Source: Phycisphaeraceae bacterium
Lineage (GTDB): Bacteria > Planctomycetota > Phycisphaerae > Phycisphaerales > SM1A02
Length of the DNA stretch: 64,000 nucleotides
Assembly (NCBI GenBank): GCA_019636735.1
Contig: JAHBWY010000005.1
Span: 28,117 to 92,116 of the forward strand
Reading direction: 5' to 3'
Part shown: piece by piece, positions 54,104 through 62,255 of the stretch
Layout of the letters: every line of letters starts with the position of its first letter
Numbering within the stretch: the stretch's first letter is position 1
Position numbers and translations under genes: made by a program
Notes under the pieces: generated by a model
Databases searched by the model: none
What the model was told of the DNA's origin: nothing
Seen by the model: only the letters and a program-made list of their open reading frames with translations

Positions 54104-56860
54104 TCAATCCCTCGGAAGGCCGTTGCCAAGCAACGGCACCTGTTCGAGCGTGGCCTTTGAGAGCACGGCCCGCAACTCGATCTGCGCCCGATCATCCGCC
54201 TCATCCTGCAGAAAGCGCCAACGCTCAACCTCGGGCGCGTGGTGATGCCAGCGAATGGGCAATCCCTGATCGCGTCGCGCATGGTCACCCTCGATCTCCT
54301 CAAGCGCTCGCATGGTCACGCGAATCATCTCGTCGGTGACCGATTGCCGAGCGCGCTGCCACTCGGCGCTGATGCGATCGATCGCCTCGCGCTCTTCGGG
54401 CTCGACTCCCTCCAAGGCCCGCAACTGTGCAATGATCCATGGAGTGGGCGAGTGGTTCCGCACCACATCGGGATACGCCAGTCGAATCCAGATCTCCTCG
54501 AACTCGCGACGCGCCTCGCCTTCGAGAGCCCCCCGAACCTCCTCCACGATCTCGCGGGACAGTCGGTCGATCGCGCGGGTGTGCCGGGTCCACTCGCGTG
54601 TGGCCGAGTCGAACTCCGCATGGGCCACCTGCCACTCCGGCGTTTGTTCGAGCCAGAGATTCCCCGGACCAGAAAGGATGAACCACTCGTCCCGAACATG
54701 CTGCGAGTGCTCCATGTCGAGGGCCGCCTCCGCCCGCGTCAGCAGGCGCTCGCGCAGTGCATCGCTTCGCTTTGCAACCGCTGCCGCCAGTGCGTGACGC
54801 GCTTCCACGCCGAGGAGCGGCCCCATGGCGAGGAGCGCAAGATTGACCTCCGCGGGCTCGCCCACCACGACGAAGCTCGCCATGCCGGAGCGAGGTCCGG
54901 TCACGATGGAGAGTCGCGCGAGCTCCGCAACCGCGATCCATGGTCGGCGCGCTGGCGCACCGACTCTCGATTCGAGCGCGGCGAAGAGGCGGCGGTCGAT
55001 CGCAACCACCTCGGCAAGGAACTCGAGGTTCGCCTCGAACTGGGTCTGCGCCGCCTGTATCGCCGGCCACTGTCGCCACGCCTCGAGTGACACCGCTTCA
55101 TCACGAAGGCGGTCGTCGCCCATGCCTTCGTGCTCGTCGATGGAAGGGAGATCACTCAACAGCGGATTGGGCAGCGCCGATCGATCAAGAGTCGAATGGG
55201 TCATACGCCGCGAGCCGAGATCGCTCCGTTCGATGCGTCGGCTCCATTGCTGGCGCGCCTCATCGAGCAGGGTCGTCAACGCACGACGCTCGACCTCATC
55301 GAGCTCGATCGCCTGCGCAAGGAGCTCGAGGAACGACTCCTCGATGGGCCGAGGATTCCACCCGCCCCCGTGTTCCTGGCCAACAAGGACGGAGTGTTCA
55401 TCCTCGGCGCTGAGACGAGCGTCGACGGCCGGAACCTCGGAGGGGGAGAGCCACGAGATCTCGTGAGCCCGCTCGCTCATGGGGCGGCGGTCCGCTTCGT
55501 CGCCCGGGCGCCCCGGGAGTCGAAAGCCCATGGCCCGCCACTGCGGCTCGTCCAACTGCTCCATGAGCGTGGCTACGGTCCTTTGCGCCCGATCTTCGCG
55601 GGACTGCACCAGCGTGCTGATCTCCACCGAACGACGGGCGAACTCCGCCTCGAGAGTCTCGACTCGGGCCTCCGGAGTCGCGCGATTGAGGCGCGCGTCC
55701 TCCCGGCGAGCCTCGGCCTGCCGGCAGATCGGGATGAGCTGAAGGATTGCCAGAACGGTCGCGTCATCTTCACGCCTCCACTGTTCGAGGGCACGCAGGA
55801 GCTCCGCCTGGCGCGCAGGGTCCAGATCTTGCATCGCGCGAAGCTGCGCCTCGGCTCGAAGAAGACCACGCTCAAGGCGGGGTCCCGAGGAGGATCCCCA
55901 CAGTGGTCCGATGATCTCTCGCCGCAGCGCACGCCTGGCCTCCTCGGTCACGACAGCCTCGAGGACCTGATTCCAGAGGCGCTCCTCAAACTCCCGACCA
56001 GAGAGAGCCGCGCGACGGAACTGGCGATACGGGTCCGCTGACACAACGGCCCTGCTCACTGCGGTGCGGCGCGCCTGCTGCTGCTCGGGCGAGAGTGCGT
56101 CGGGGTCCGCGACGATGGGAAACCCGGCGAGCGCTTGCTCGACGACAACCAGGTAGCGACGAGCGGCCTCTCGTGCGCTTCGAAAGATGCGCTGGGCGTG
56201 TTCATGGAGCTGCGGAGCATTCGCATCGATCACCGCCATGGCAGCGCGACGCTCCGATGGCGGGAGCTTGGCCGCCCTGATCTTCGCTTCGAACTCACCC
56301 GTCGCATCGACGAGACCGCGACGGTACGGCCGGAAGGTCGTCAGTCGCGACACGGAGACCGCTCGTCGAGCGAAGCGCTCCCGTGCGGCCTCCGGAAGCA
56401 TGGCCTCGACTTCTCGCAAGAACGCCTGTTCGTAGAGCCGAAGCCGGGCTTCCAAGCCATCGACAGCAATCTCGCGACGACGCAGTTGGCGAATGCGACC
56501 GAGATCGAGCCCGAAACCGGTTTCGAGGATCAATCTCGGAGCCGCCTCATCACGGGCTTGCAGCGCTCGAGCAAGGTAGGCGTCGTGCAGCGGCAGCAGC
56601 GATTGAACGAGCCGATGGTCGTCGCCGTCGATCGCGTCGGGGCTTCCATCATGGCGCGTCTCGACCAACACTTCGAGGACCGACGCCTCGACCCAACGAA
56701 CCCGGATCGGTTCAAGCACGCCATACGACTCAAGGCCCTGACCAGCGGCCGGGCGAAGTGGAAGCACCGCGAGGAGACCCAGAACAATGGCGACCGTGCC
56801 GCAGCGCACCCGATCGAGTGTTCGACACCGCACCGCATGCACTCCCGCGCGCACTCTCAT
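54104..56860 (-). CDS. Large secreted Arg/Glu/Ala/Leu-rich hypothetical protein (918 aa)
   Basis: Start placed at Met 56860 (MRVRAGV...GTVAIVLGLLAVLPLRPAAGQG signal-like). The upstream 255 codons of ORF 54104..57625 overlap the divergent oxidoreductase gene. No recognisable family motif. Confidence 0.55.
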   Translation of the reverse strand: MRVRAGVHAVRCRTLDRVRCGTVAIVLGLLAVLPLRPAAGQGLESYGVLEPIRVRWVEASVLEVLVETRHDGSPDAIDGDDHRLVQSLLPLHDAYLARALQARDEAAPRLILETGFGLDLGRIRQLRRREIAVDGLEARLRLYEQAFLREVEAMLPEAARERFARRAVSVSRLTTFRPYRRGLVDATGEFEAKIRAAKLPPSERRAAMAVIDANAPQLHEHAQRIFRSAREAARRYLVVVEQALAGFPIVADPDALSPEQQQARRTAVSRAVVSADPYRQFRRAALSGREFEERLWNQVLEAVVTEEARRALRREIIGPLWGSSSGPRLERGLLRAEAQLRAMQDLDPARQAELLRALEQWRREDDATVLAILQLIPICRQAEARREDARLNRATPEARVETLEAEFARRSVEISTLVQSREDRAQRTVATLMEQLDEPQWRAMGFRLPGRPGDEADRRPMSERAHEISWLSPSEVPAVDARLSAEDEHSVLVGQEHGGGWNPRPIEESFLELLAQAIELDEVERRALTTLLDEARQQWSRRIERSDLGSRRMTHSTLDRSALPNPLLSDLPSIDEHEGMGDDRLRDEAVSLEAWRQWPAIQAAQTQFEANLEFLAEVVAIDRRLFAALESRVGAPARRPWIAVAELARLSIVTGPRSGMASFVVVGEPAEVNLALLAMGPLLGVEARHALAAAVAKRSDALRERLLTRAEAALDMEHSQHVRDEWFILSGPGNLWLEQTPEWQVAHAEFDSATREWTRHTRAIDRLSREIVEEVRGALEGEARREFEEIWIRLAYPDVVRNHSPTPWIIAQLRALEGVEPEEREAIDRISAEWQRARQSVTDEMIRVTMRALEEIEGDHARRDQGLPIRWHHHAPEVERWRFLQDEADDRAQIELRAVLSKATLEQVPLLGNGLPRD

Positions 56861-57101
56861 GGGGCGATGCAGCGTGAGGGTCGAATCGCGGTGACCGCTG
56901 GCATCCCGCGGGCCGTGCAAGGTTCGACAGTGGTCATGCGAGGTTTCATGGCTCCCGCCTGCGCTCACGCCAAGAATGGTAGCCCATGGCTGCGGCTGCC
57001 CTTCGATGTGAAGGGCGTCTGAGGCCCGTCGACCGACCTCGGCATGCGACCAGGCGGGCTGCCGACGCATCCGGTCGGCAGACCCATCGAACCGCCTTGA
57101 G

Positions 57102-58391
57102 ATGTATCCCCTCTCACCAGGAGCAGGAGGACCAATCGCCGTCATCGGCGCCGGCCTTTCTGGTGCCGCAGCCGCTGAGGCGCTCGTGCGCTTCGGCTTC
57201 GCGGTCACATTGCTCGACCTTGGTCGCAGCGCCGGGGGGAGACTCGCCTCGCGACGCCTTGCCACCCCCGACGGCACCGAGTGGCGCTTCGACCACGGCG
57301 CGCCGTTCTTCACGGCCATGACCGATGAGTTCAGGTTGATCGTCGGCGACTGGAGCAGCGCCGGTATCGTCGCGCCGTGGCTCGGGCGTTTCATGTTCCT
57401 CGACGAGATCGGCCTCGCCTTCGAGCGCGCCATCACGCGATGGGTCGGCGTGCCCTCGATGAGCGCACTCCCGCGACGGCTCATTGAATCTGCGGGCGAC
57501 CGGATCGCCGTTCGGAACTCCTTCCGCGCGGAGCGATTGGAGTTGACCTGCGACGGGCGCTTCGACCCCTCGCGGCGCTCGGGCGCGGTGATCTCGCGTG
57601 AGTCGGCACGCCCGCTGTGGCGCATTCACGGCACCAACTCGCGCGGCGCGGCGGAGGCGCTCGGTCCATTTTCAGGCGTGATTCTCGCGATGCCCGCTCC
57701 GCAGGCGTCAAGAGTCATTGCCGCATCGCGCGACCACTCATCCGTCGAGATGTTGCAGCCGCTGTCAGGAGAGCTTGGTCGGCTCTCATGCCGATCCGCA
57801 TGGGTGACGATGCTCGCCTTTGAGTCGCGTGTGCCGATCGACGCCGATGTCATCTCGGTGCGAACGCCCGGGGTGATCGCCCGCGCGGTCAGGGAGAGCG
57901 GAAAGCCGGGCCGACGCGACTCTGGTGATGGCAGCGTTGCGACGGAGCCTGACCGTTGGGTCGTCACTTCGACCGATGAGTGGGCCGCCACTCGGCTCGA
58001 TGAACCGCGCGAACGCATCGCAGTCGAACTCGAACGCGCCTTCCGCCAGCTCGTTCGAAGCCTTGCTCGCTCGAACGGTGCGCCGGCGCCAGATGCGCCG
58101 CGGACCATGCTCGCTGAAGCGCACCGCTGGAGTCTGGCCATGCCGCGGCGAACGCCCGCTCCTCGTCGAGAGCTTGAAGACGAGACGAACGACCCCCGCG
58201 CGGCGATGACACCGACCCTTCCCACCGCGCACGATGGCCGCGTGATCGCCTGCGGAGACTGGAGCGCCGGCGAGGGAGTCGAGGCAGCGTTCCTCGCTGG
58301 CCGCGCCGCCGCCCGGCGGCTGTCGGCCCACCTCGAGGCAAGCTACTTCGAAGAACCTTTCGTGCCAGGCGTCTTCGAGCGCCGAGAGTGA
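57102..58391 (+). CDS. NAD(P)/FAD-dependent oxidoreductase (amine-oxidase/renalase-like)
   Basis: Dinucleotide-binding IAVIGAGLSGAAAAEAL...LLDLGRSAGGR; C-terminal ...ACGDW... FAD-binding context. Confidence 0.7.
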   Translation: MYPLSPGAGGPIAVIGAGLSGAAAAEALVRFGFAVTLLDLGRSAGGRLASRRLATPDGTEWRFDHGAPFFTAMTDEFRLIVGDWSSAGIVAPWLGRFMFLDEIGLAFERAITRWVGVPSMSALPRRLIESAGDRIAVRNSFRAERLELTCDGRFDPSRRSGAVISRESARPLWRIHGTNSRGAAEALGPFSGVILAMPAPQASRVIAASRDHSSVEMLQPLSGELGRLSCRSAWVTMLAFESRVPIDADVISVRTPGVIARAVRESGKPGRRDSGDGSVATEPDRWVVTSTDEWAATRLDEPRERIAVELERAFRQLVRSLARSNGAPAPDAPRTMLAEAHRWSLAMPRRTPAPRRELEDETNDPRAAMTPTLPTAHDGRVIACGDWSAGEGVEAAFLAGRAAARRLSAHLEASYFEEPFVPGVFERRE

Positions 58392-58792
58392 AGACCATGC
58401 GAAGCGCACGCCCGTGGCTGATCGCCGCCGGGCTCTACAACCTCACATGGGGCGCCTTCGTCGTGCTCTCGCCCCAGTCTTTCTTCACATGGACGGGCAT
58501 GGAGCCCCTCAATCATCCCTCGATCTGGCAGTGTCTCGGCATGATCGTGGGCGTCTACGGCATCGGCTATCTCATCGCAGCATCGGATCATCGGCGCCAC
58601 TGGCCGATTGTCCTCGTCGGCCTGCTCGGCAAGGTCTTCGGGCCCATCGGATTCGTCATGACCTGGTGGCGCGGCGAGATTCCGCTCGCCTTCGGAGCGA
58701 CAATTCTCACCAACGACCTGATCTGGTGGGTCCCATTCACGCTCATGCTGTTTGATGCGCGCCGCGCCGCGAGGGCCACGCCCCATGCATGA
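58388..58792 (+). CDS. Small 4-TM membrane protein (hypothetical)
   Basis: Trp-rich hydrophobic 134-aa protein. GTGA overlap with the upstream gene and an 8-nt overlap with the downstream gene. Confidence 0.5.
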   Translation: MKTMRSARPWLIAAGLYNLTWGAFVVLSPQSFFTWTGMEPLNHPSIWQCLGMIVGVYGIGYLIAASDHRRHWPIVLVGLLGKVFGPIGFVMTWWRGEIPLAFGATILTNDLIWWVPFTLMLFDARRAARATPHA

Positions 58793-59222
58793 GTGGATCA
58801 CCCCGCTCAGCTTCATTCATGCGGCGTGCACATGGTTCATGGCGGGCCTGATCTGGTTCGTGCAGGTGGTCCACTATCCGCTCATGGCGCGCGTCGGCGC
58901 GAATGAGTGGGTGGACTACGAACGAGCGCATGTCCGCCGGACCACGCTGGTGGTGGCGCCGGTCATGCTGATCGAGGCTGCATCGGCCATTCTCCTCGTC
59001 ATGATCGGCACCGCGCGTCCGCTCGCGTGGTCGGGAGCGCTGCTCCTCGCGCTCATCTGGATGGTGACCTTCGTGGTCCTTGTTCCGGCCCATGCGCGAC
59101 TCGAACAGGAACCTGACCAAGCGGCGCTTCGTCGGCTTGTTCGATGGAATTGGCCGAGAACCGCAGGGTGGACCCTGCGCGCGGCGGTCGCGTCGGTCAT
59201 ACTGTTCACCGTCGGGGGTTGA
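58785..59222 (+). CDS. Membrane protein, DUF1772-like (tentative)
   Basis: Start at ATG 58785 (MHEWITPL). 4 predicted TM helices, about 145 aa. The family assignment is tentative. Confidence 0.45.
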   Translation: MHEWITPLSFIHAACTWFMAGLIWFVQVVHYPLMARVGANEWVDYERAHVRRTTLVVAPVMLIEAASAILLVMIGTARPLAWSGALLLALIWMVTFVVLVPAHARLEQEPDQAALRRLVRWNWPRTAGWTLRAAVASVILFTVGG

Positions 59223-59243
59223 CCGAGGAGTCGTGGAGTCCCG

Positions 59244-61058
59244 ATGAGCATGACAGAATTGAGTGTGTGTCGCGGCTTGCTCTGCGCCGCGGTGGTGTGC
59301 GGGTTGGGGCACGCGGTGGCTGCGAGAGAAGTCGCCACCTCGATCACGAAGCCCGCCCCCGAGCCGGGCATTCCGATGCAGGTCTGGGTCGATGCGGCGC
59401 CGACGATTCCCGGCATTCAGCGCTGCGTGGTCGATGCCCTGCCCAAGGACCAGATCATCGCACCGGCGGGCATTGGCCCGATGCTCTGCGACCTCGCGGT
59501 GGATGTTCGACTGCTCAACCCAGTCATGCTGAACCCTGCGGCGCGCCTCTTCGCGGTGTCGTTCACGGTGCACTTCGATCCTTCGATCGTCGAAGCGGCA
59601 CCGGGCTTCATCGACGCGCCGGCCTTCAATGGTGTGATGGCGAACCCCGTCTGGTTCGTGCCGCCCGGGGCACCGCCGGGCCAGATTCGCGTGGAGCTTT
59701 CCATTCCCTCTTGCGTGGTGGGGCTTCCCGGCGGCTTTCTCGTCTTTCCGGGCATGAACATTCTGCTCGCGCGCCTCGGTTTCAACGCGCTCGACGACGG
59801 CCAGAGTGGATTCGACCTGACCGACATTGAGTTCCGCACGACGCCGAACTCGTCGTGCCTTCCCATCACGGTGGCAGCGGGCACGGAGAACTTCGCTCGC
59901 TCGAAGGTGGTCATCGATCACGCGGGGCGCAATCTCGGGTGCTTCTCGGTGAATCGCTCCTTCGACGCGCCGGATTTCTCCCCCGGCGATGGCATCGCCG
60001 ACTCGAATGCCACGCCGGGCATCATCGATGCGACCCTTTCCGCGTGCATTGCCGAAGCGAATCTGCGCAGCGGCCCTGACACCATCGCCTTCGCGTTTAC
60101 GCCGATCGGGGCGCCGATCTCGCTGACCGCACCACTGCCGCCGCTCTCCGATCCGACCGGAGGCACGATCATCGATGGCACTTCACAGCCGCTCGTACAT
60201 CTGCGTGGCCAGGGCGCGGTGCATGGCGTGACGATGACAAGCGGCGGCCATGTCCTGCGTGGAGTCGCCCTCACCGGTTTTTCGGGCGCCGCGGTCGTGA
60301 TCACTGAAGCCGCCCAAGGAAACCATGTTGTCGGCTGCCGCCTGGGAAGCGATTGGTCCGGCGCTGGCGTGCCCAACGGAATCGGCGTGCTGCTCGATGC
60401 GGGCGCGCGGGGCAATCGCATCGGCGGAAGCGGTCCCGGTGACGGCAACCTGATTCGCGGGAGCCTCAACGCTGGCGTGGTCGACCTCGCAGGGAACCTG
60501 ATCTCGCGCAACTCGATCGTGGCCAATGGAGGCAAGGGGATCCAGGTGAAGTCCCCCACGGCGGTGGTGACGGTGCTCGGCGCCATGGTCGAACGAGGCG
60601 TCGTGGTGATCGAGGGCATCGTGAGCGGTGTGCCCGATCACGCGTACGACATCGAAGTGTTCGGCAACAACGCCTGCGCGCCGAGCGGCTTTGGCGAGGG
60701 CCAGACCTTCATCGATGCATTCGAAGTCACCACCGAAGCGTCGGGCGATGCGTTCTTCCTTCGTGCGATCACGCTTGCGAATGGAAGCGCGACGCCATGG
60801 CGCCTGACGATGACAGCGACTTCGTCTGCGAGTGAGACTTCAGAGTTCTCCAACTGCGTCATCGTCCTCGGCGCATTGAACCCATGCCCCTCTGACCTTG
60901 ACGGGAACGGTGTGGTCAATGGTGCCGATCTTGCGCTGGTTCTCGGCTCCTGGGGTGACGCGAGCCACTCGTTGCCGATCGGAGACATCAACGGCGATGG
61001 TGTGGTCAACGGCCTTGATCTTGCATTGGTGCTCGGAAGCTGGGGCAAGTGTCCGTAA
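59244..61058 (+). CDS. Secreted protein: cohesin-like N-domain + parallel beta-helix + two dockerin-like repeats
   Basis: Signal peptide. Cohesin-like ...LFAVSFTVHFDPSIVEAAPG... The TLSACIAEANLRSGPDTIAFAF motif is followed by Gly/Asn-rich beta-helix turns. C-terminal DLDGNGVVNGADLALVLGSWG and DINGDGVVNGLDLALVLGSWG. Confidence 0.7.
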   Translation: MSMTELSVCRGLLCAAVVCGLGHAVAAREVATSITKPAPEPGIPMQVWVDAAPTIPGIQRCVVDALPKDQIIAPAGIGPMLCDLAVDVRLLNPVMLNPAARLFAVSFTVHFDPSIVEAAPGFIDAPAFNGVMANPVWFVPPGAPPGQIRVELSIPSCVVGLPGGFLVFPGMNILLARLGFNALDDGQSGFDLTDIEFRTTPNSSCLPITVAAGTENFARSKVVIDHAGRNLGCFSVNRSFDAPDFSPGDGIADSNATPGIIDATLSACIAEANLRSGPDTIAFAFTPIGAPISLTAPLPPLSDPTGGTIIDGTSQPLVHLRGQGAVHGVTMTSGGHVLRGVALTGFSGAAVVITEAAQGNHVVGCRLGSDWSGAGVPNGIGVLLDAGARGNRIGGSGPGDGNLIRGSLNAGVVDLAGNLISRNSIVANGGKGIQVKSPTAVVTVLGAMVERGVVVIEGIVSGVPDHAYDIEVFGNNACAPSGFGEGQTFIDAFEVTTEASGDAFFLRAITLANGSATPWRLTMTATSSASETSEFSNCVIVLGALNPCPSDLDGNGVVNGADLALVLGSWGDASHSLPIGDINGDGVVNGLDLALVLGSWGKCP

Positions 61059-61286
61059 CGATCACGGAGCTTTGTGCGGGCTTCATCGAGATTCAGTCGC
61101 GAAACGGGCGTGCGTTGGCGATCGGGCGCTCAGGGAGCCGCGCCGAACACGCGCGCACTCCGCGGCCTCCGAGTACATTCCCACCTCTCCGTTGCCCCCC
61201 ACATCACAGGCCACGCGCGGCTGAGCTCCTCATCGAGCCTTGACGGACCCGCCCGACTGACCGATCCAGCGCCACCTCTCTCACTC

Positions 61287-62201
61287 ATGCATGCCCACAC
61301 TCCGGCGCCGATCTGGCACCGCATCGTCACACTCATCGGCGTTGTTGTTCCGACACTCGCCCTCATCGCAGGCATCTGGCTGGCATGGGGAGGATGGTGC
61401 TCGACCACCGACCTCGTCATGCTCGGAGTCGGCTATGTGCTGACGGCACTCGGTGTCACCATCGGCTACCACCGTCTGTTCACCCACCGCGCCTTCGAAG
61501 CCTCACCGGTCGTCGCGTGGTTCTTCGGCATCCTCGGCTCGATGTCCGTGCAGGGCCCGCTGCTCTGGTGGGCGGCCACGCATCGTCAACATCACCAGCA
61601 CTCTGATGACGAGCACGATCCACACTCACCCCATGCCGGGCATGCGCAGGGTCTGCTCGGTGCGATCCGGGGCTTCTGGCATGCTCATGTCGGATGGCTC
61701 TGCACGCGCGACCTTCGCTCGCAGACCGAGCGCTATGTGCCCGACCTCATGGCCGATCCCATCGCGCGTCGCATCGATCGCCTCTTCCCATTATGGGTGG
61801 CGCTCGGCCTCGTGATTCCCGCCCTGATCGGCGGCGTCATCGCCGGCACATGGACGGGCGCTGCGCTGGGCCTGCTCTGGGGCGGATTGGTGCGGATCTT
61901 CCTCATGCACCACGCCACTTGGAGCATCAACTCCGTCTGTCACCTCTGGGGCTGGCGCGACTTCGAATCCGGCGATGAGAGCCGGAACAACCCGATCATG
62001 GGCATCGTTTCCATGGGCGAAGGTTGGCACAACAACCATCACGCCTTCCCCGCCAGCGCGCGTCATGGATTCGGCCTGCAACTCGATGTCAGCTGGATCA
62101 TCATTCGCGCGCTGTCGTGGGTCGGCTTGACAAGGCGCTTGCGACTGCCGGACCCCGCGCGCATGGAGCAGAAGCGCCTGCGCTCCGCGGCGACGGCGTG
62201 A
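61287..62201 (+). CDS. Acyl-CoA/acyl-lipid delta-9 desaturase family protein, paralog 2
   Basis: Histidine boxes HRLFTHRAF, THRQHHQHSD and [18 protein letters not shown]. Start at ATG 61287 (MHAHTPAPIW). Confidence 0.85.
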   Translation: MHAHTPAPIWHRIVTLIGVVVPTLALIAGIWLAWGGWCSTTDLVMLGVGYVLTALGVTIGYHRLFTHRAFEASPVVAWFFGILGSMSVQGPLLWWAATHRQHHQHSDDEHDPHSPHAGHAQGLLGAIRGFWHAHVGWLCTRDLRSQTERYVPDLMADPIARRIDRLFPLWVALGLVIPALIGGVIAGTWTGAALGLLWGGLVRIFLMHHATWSINSVCHLWGWRDFESGDESRNNPIMGIVSMGEGWHNNHHAFPASARHGFGLQLDVSWIIIRALSWVGLTRRLRLPDPARMEQKRLRSAATA

Positions 62202-62255
62202 GATGAGCGCGACTCGGTTGATTCTCGATCGCTTGTTGCTTGACGCGCAGGCTCG

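Noticed and set aside
54085-54115. GGTTCAATCC, a tRNA T-loop-like sequence
   Set aside because: No complementary T-stem, acceptor stem or anticodon arm could be built around it, and it overlaps the stop codon region of the 918-aa CDS.
58743-59921. 392-aa minus-strand ORF spanning the DUF1772-like and beta-helix genes
   Set aside because: Extremely Arg/His-rich with no motifs. It crosses an intergenic gap of the plus-strand genes, which have sensible membrane and secreted-protein features.
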